A stretch of 64,000 nucleotides of DNA from Vitrella brassicaformis CCMP3155 (taxonomy: Eukaryota > Protista > Chromerida). The position numbers and the translations under genes were made by a program. A model generated the notes under the pieces. It was not told where the DNA came from and made no database searches. It saw only the letters and a list, made by a program, of their open reading frames with translations. The stretch spans positions 62,387-126,386 of the forward strand of contig CDMY01000311.1 of the NCBI GenBank assembly GCA_001179505.1, given 5' to 3'. Of the stretch, positions 61,255 to 64,000 are shown piece after piece. The first letter of the stretch is position 1. The number at the start of each line of letters is the position of its first letter.

Positions 61255-63306
61255 ATGGCGGACTTGTTCGGCGAGCCGGCCGATAGTATCGTCGCAGTGG
61301 AGGATGTCTTCAGTGAGCCGGCCGCCGCCAACTTTGCAGCCAGGGGCAGGACAACAACCGCACCACCCAAGCAGCCCCGAGAAGACTCGCCGCCGCCATC
61401 GCCAACCTCAAGCAGCCGCACACCGTCCCCGCCCGCATCGCCAGCACAACCAGTCGTCCCCGCCACCTCGCCAGCGGCCGCGAACCAGCCCTCCCACCAT
61501 CTCAAGCTGGACAACTTCAGGTTCTTCGAGGCCACCAAGGGGCTGCTGCGCGGGGGGAGGGGCGACTTTGACGTGACAGCGGGCCGTGTGGTGTCGGTCG
61601 ACGGCGGCGAGCAGGAGGCCATCTTGAACGCCATGTCCAGGGAGGCCGAGAAGACGGCCGGGTGGAGGGGGGAGAGAGGACGCCGGCAGGTCGGCCAACT
61701 CACCCACCGGCTGCGGTGGGAGGCGGTCCGCTTGGAGGAGCTCAGCCAGGAGCCCGCCATGCCGCCCCAGCCGCAGTTGGTCTACGAGCCGACCACAGGT
61801 GCGGTGTCCCGCCAGGGCACTCGCCGGATGGTGCCCGAGGTGCTGGCCATCGTGTCGGACGCCGAGGAGCTGCGGCCGCACATCACGGTGGTCGACGACG
61901 AGAAGGAGGAGACCCCCAAGGTAGAGGAAGAGGGAGGGACTGAGGGAGGAAGGTGTGTGAGCCAAACCAACCACATGGTTCTCTCTCTCTCTCTCTGTCG
62001 TGTCCCCTCCCTCCCTCCCCCTCCTCCGTGCATTGCAGATGCGCCGTCGTGGGTTCCTGCGCTGGCCGTGGCGCTGCCTAGGAGCTGCCGACAAGTGCGG
62101 CAAGACCGAGCCGGCTGCCGAGGGGCTGGGGCTCATCATGGAGCGGGTGCCCAACGGCCAGGACGTCGAGACCTACAGCTGGACCAGCAGCAGAGACCCC
62201 TCCCATCCCCTCCTGGATGACGTCATCAGCGTCAATGCCGTGGAGCAGATGGTCGCCATGCATGGCCGTGGCCTCAGCCACAACGACCTGCACGGGCGCA
62301 ACATCTTGCTCCGCGGCACCAGGGGGGAGGTGGCCATCATCGACACCGAGAGCGTCGGCCTCCTCTCGCCAGACCACCCCGCCAGCGGCCAGGCCCCCCC
62401 GCACATCACCAACCCGCCCNNNNNNNNNNNNNNNNNNNNNNNNNNNNNNNNNNNNNNNNNNNNNNNNNNNNNNNNNNNNNNNNNNNNNNNNNNNNNNNNN
62501 NNNNNNNNNNNNNNNNNNNNNNNNNNNNNNNNNNNNNNNNNNNNNNNNNNNNNNNNNNNNNNNNNNNNNNNNNNNNNNNNNNNNNNNNNNNNNNNNNNNN
62601 NNNNNNNNNNNNNNNNNNNNNNNNNNNNNNNNNNNNNNNNNNNNNNNNNNNNNNNNNNNNNNNNNNNNNNNNNNNNNNNNNNNNNNNNNNNNNNNNNNNN
62701 NNNNNNNNNNNNNNNNNNNACCCTGGACTGGATCCGGACGCGCCATCGGGCAAAGCGGGAGGTGCTGGCCGGGACGGCAGACAAGATCCCGCTGACGCCC
62801 AACGACAACGTCGCCAGCGACTACCTCTGCATGGCCTGGACCGTCCTGCTGCTCGCCATCCCCTCCTACCGCGTTGGCAACGTGCTTTACGACGCGGCGA
62901 AGAAGGTCAAGGCCATGCTCGACAAGCTTATTGGCAAGAGCGGCGTCACGGAGGGCCGGCTGGAGGCCGAGTATATCCAGGCCTTGACGAAGGCCTACGA
63001 CGACGCCTGGGATTACTCAACGAGGGAGGGGCGGACCGCCAAGCTGCCGGCATTTGAGTTTTTCCGGAAGGTGGCCATCTACGGCCACCTGATGGACGAG
63101 GAGGCGCTCAGGAGGGCGGCCGACGACTTTTGCGCCAAGACGATCGCAGGTATGTCTCTGCGTGAGCATGTAGCCAGGCACACAGTGCACTCACACCCGG
63201 CGAATTCGATCGCATGTCTGTGTGCTTGCTTGAAGGGATGGAAGTGGACGAGTTGTCGACCACCGCTGCAGCGTCGCCCGCCTCCTCCCCCGTATGCCCC
63301 GAGTGA
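61255..63306 (+). CDS. Atypical protein-kinase-fold protein (HNDLHGRN catalytic loop); possibly degenerate
   Basis: GLGLIMERVP (hinge), MHGRGLSHNDLHGRNILL (catalytic loop), VAIIDTES (DFG position) and SDYLCMAWTVL (subdomain IX-like). N-gap at 62420-62719. The last exon reaches TGA at 63304, and a second in-frame stop (TAA 63331) precedes a further acidic ORF to 63654. Confidence 0.65.
62420..62719. other. Assembly gap (300 N)
   Basis: Run of N within the kinase-like gene. Confidence 0.99.
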
Positions 63307-64000
63307 CTCAAGGACACCACAGACGAGGGGTAAGGCGGCGTGGGGTTGCCGAGTGAGCAGCAGATCGAGATGCGGGTGCAGGGGGTCATCGAACAGGCCT
63401 ATGAGGAGCTGGTGGAGCCCACCAAACACGAGGAGGAGGCCGCCCGAGAGGCCGCCATAGCCGCACAGCCTGCCGTAGTCACAACTGAGGTGGAGGTCGA
63501 GGTGGCCGCATTCGAGTACGAGGCGCTGCCCGTGCTGCTGCCATCAGCTGAGGGGGAGGGCCAGAGAGAGACGCCGACACAAGAAGAGCAGATACCCGAG
63601 AAGCAGCCGGAGGAGACCGTCTGTACGAGAGTTGGTTCGGCCCCCGCGAATTAATTCGTGTGTGGTGTGGTGTGGGGGTAAGGGCATTGCCTATGGCATG
63701 TACAGTCTCGCCAGCATGGTGTGATGTCATACGTGTGCCGTCTGTAAGTAATGCTCATGCACTCACTCACTCACTGGTCCGTCCATAAATACCCAAGTGC
63801 ATCTGTCTGTGTGTGAGTGAGCCCAATTTTAACTTAATGAATGCATGGTGCATGCACCTGTCTGCCGTACCGTGATGTGTACCTACGGCCAAGCCGTTGA
63901 CTGTGTGTGGGTGTGGGTGTGTCTGTCTGTGTGCGGCGCCTTCCGAGAGAGAGAGGGTGCACGTGTTTACACAGATGTGAGAGCAGACGGCCCTTTTGGT

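Noticed and set aside
62420-62719. Reading-frame continuity across N-gaps (ORF-track proteins containing X runs)
   Set aside because: All gaps are exactly 300 N placeholders, so frame preservation across them carries no information.
1-64000. rRNA, tRNA, snRNA genes and transposase/reverse-transcriptase ORFs
   Set aside because: None recognised by eye; tRNAscan-SE, Infernal and RepeatMasker would be needed to exclude them formally.

Overview
This is a 64-kb gene-dense, intron-rich eukaryotic nuclear scaffold with four 300-N placeholder gaps. A red-lineage LHC with an AAAF bipartite presequence, other signal+transit-peptide plastid proteins, and microsatellite-filled ~70-150 nt introns point to a chromerid alga, most likely Vitrella brassicaformis (inference). 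I assembled about 22 spliced genes by hand. Recognisable ones are mannitol-1-phosphate dehydrogenase, a CCCH zinc-finger protein, an F-box/LRR protein, a plastid-type SAM carrier, a WD40 protein, GMP reductase, an ankyrin protein, UNC119, a PAO/Tic55-family Rieske oxygenase (with an in-frame TGA), UAP1, an EEF1AKMT4-like methyltransferase, an Lhcr-type antenna protein, a calcineurin-B-like protein and an atypical kinase. Uncharacterised ones include a ~10-kb gene for a secreted modular repeat protein, a GAF plus multi-TM protein, a 100-aa acylated IQ protein and an ~84-aa single-TM protein missed by the ORF track. The strongest non-gene signals are three. (1) Nearly all genes sit in tight head-to-head pairs. 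(2) The spacers share an AGCTCGC / GCTNAGCTCGC motif, which forms a 19-bp palindrome in the 70-bp UNC119/PAO spacer. (3) Introns tend to be (CA)n-rich at the 5' end and (TG)n-rich at the 3' end, suggesting intron-closing RNA stems. No rRNA, tRNA, CRISPR array or recognisable transposase was seen. Splice models are manual and boundaries may be off by a few bases.
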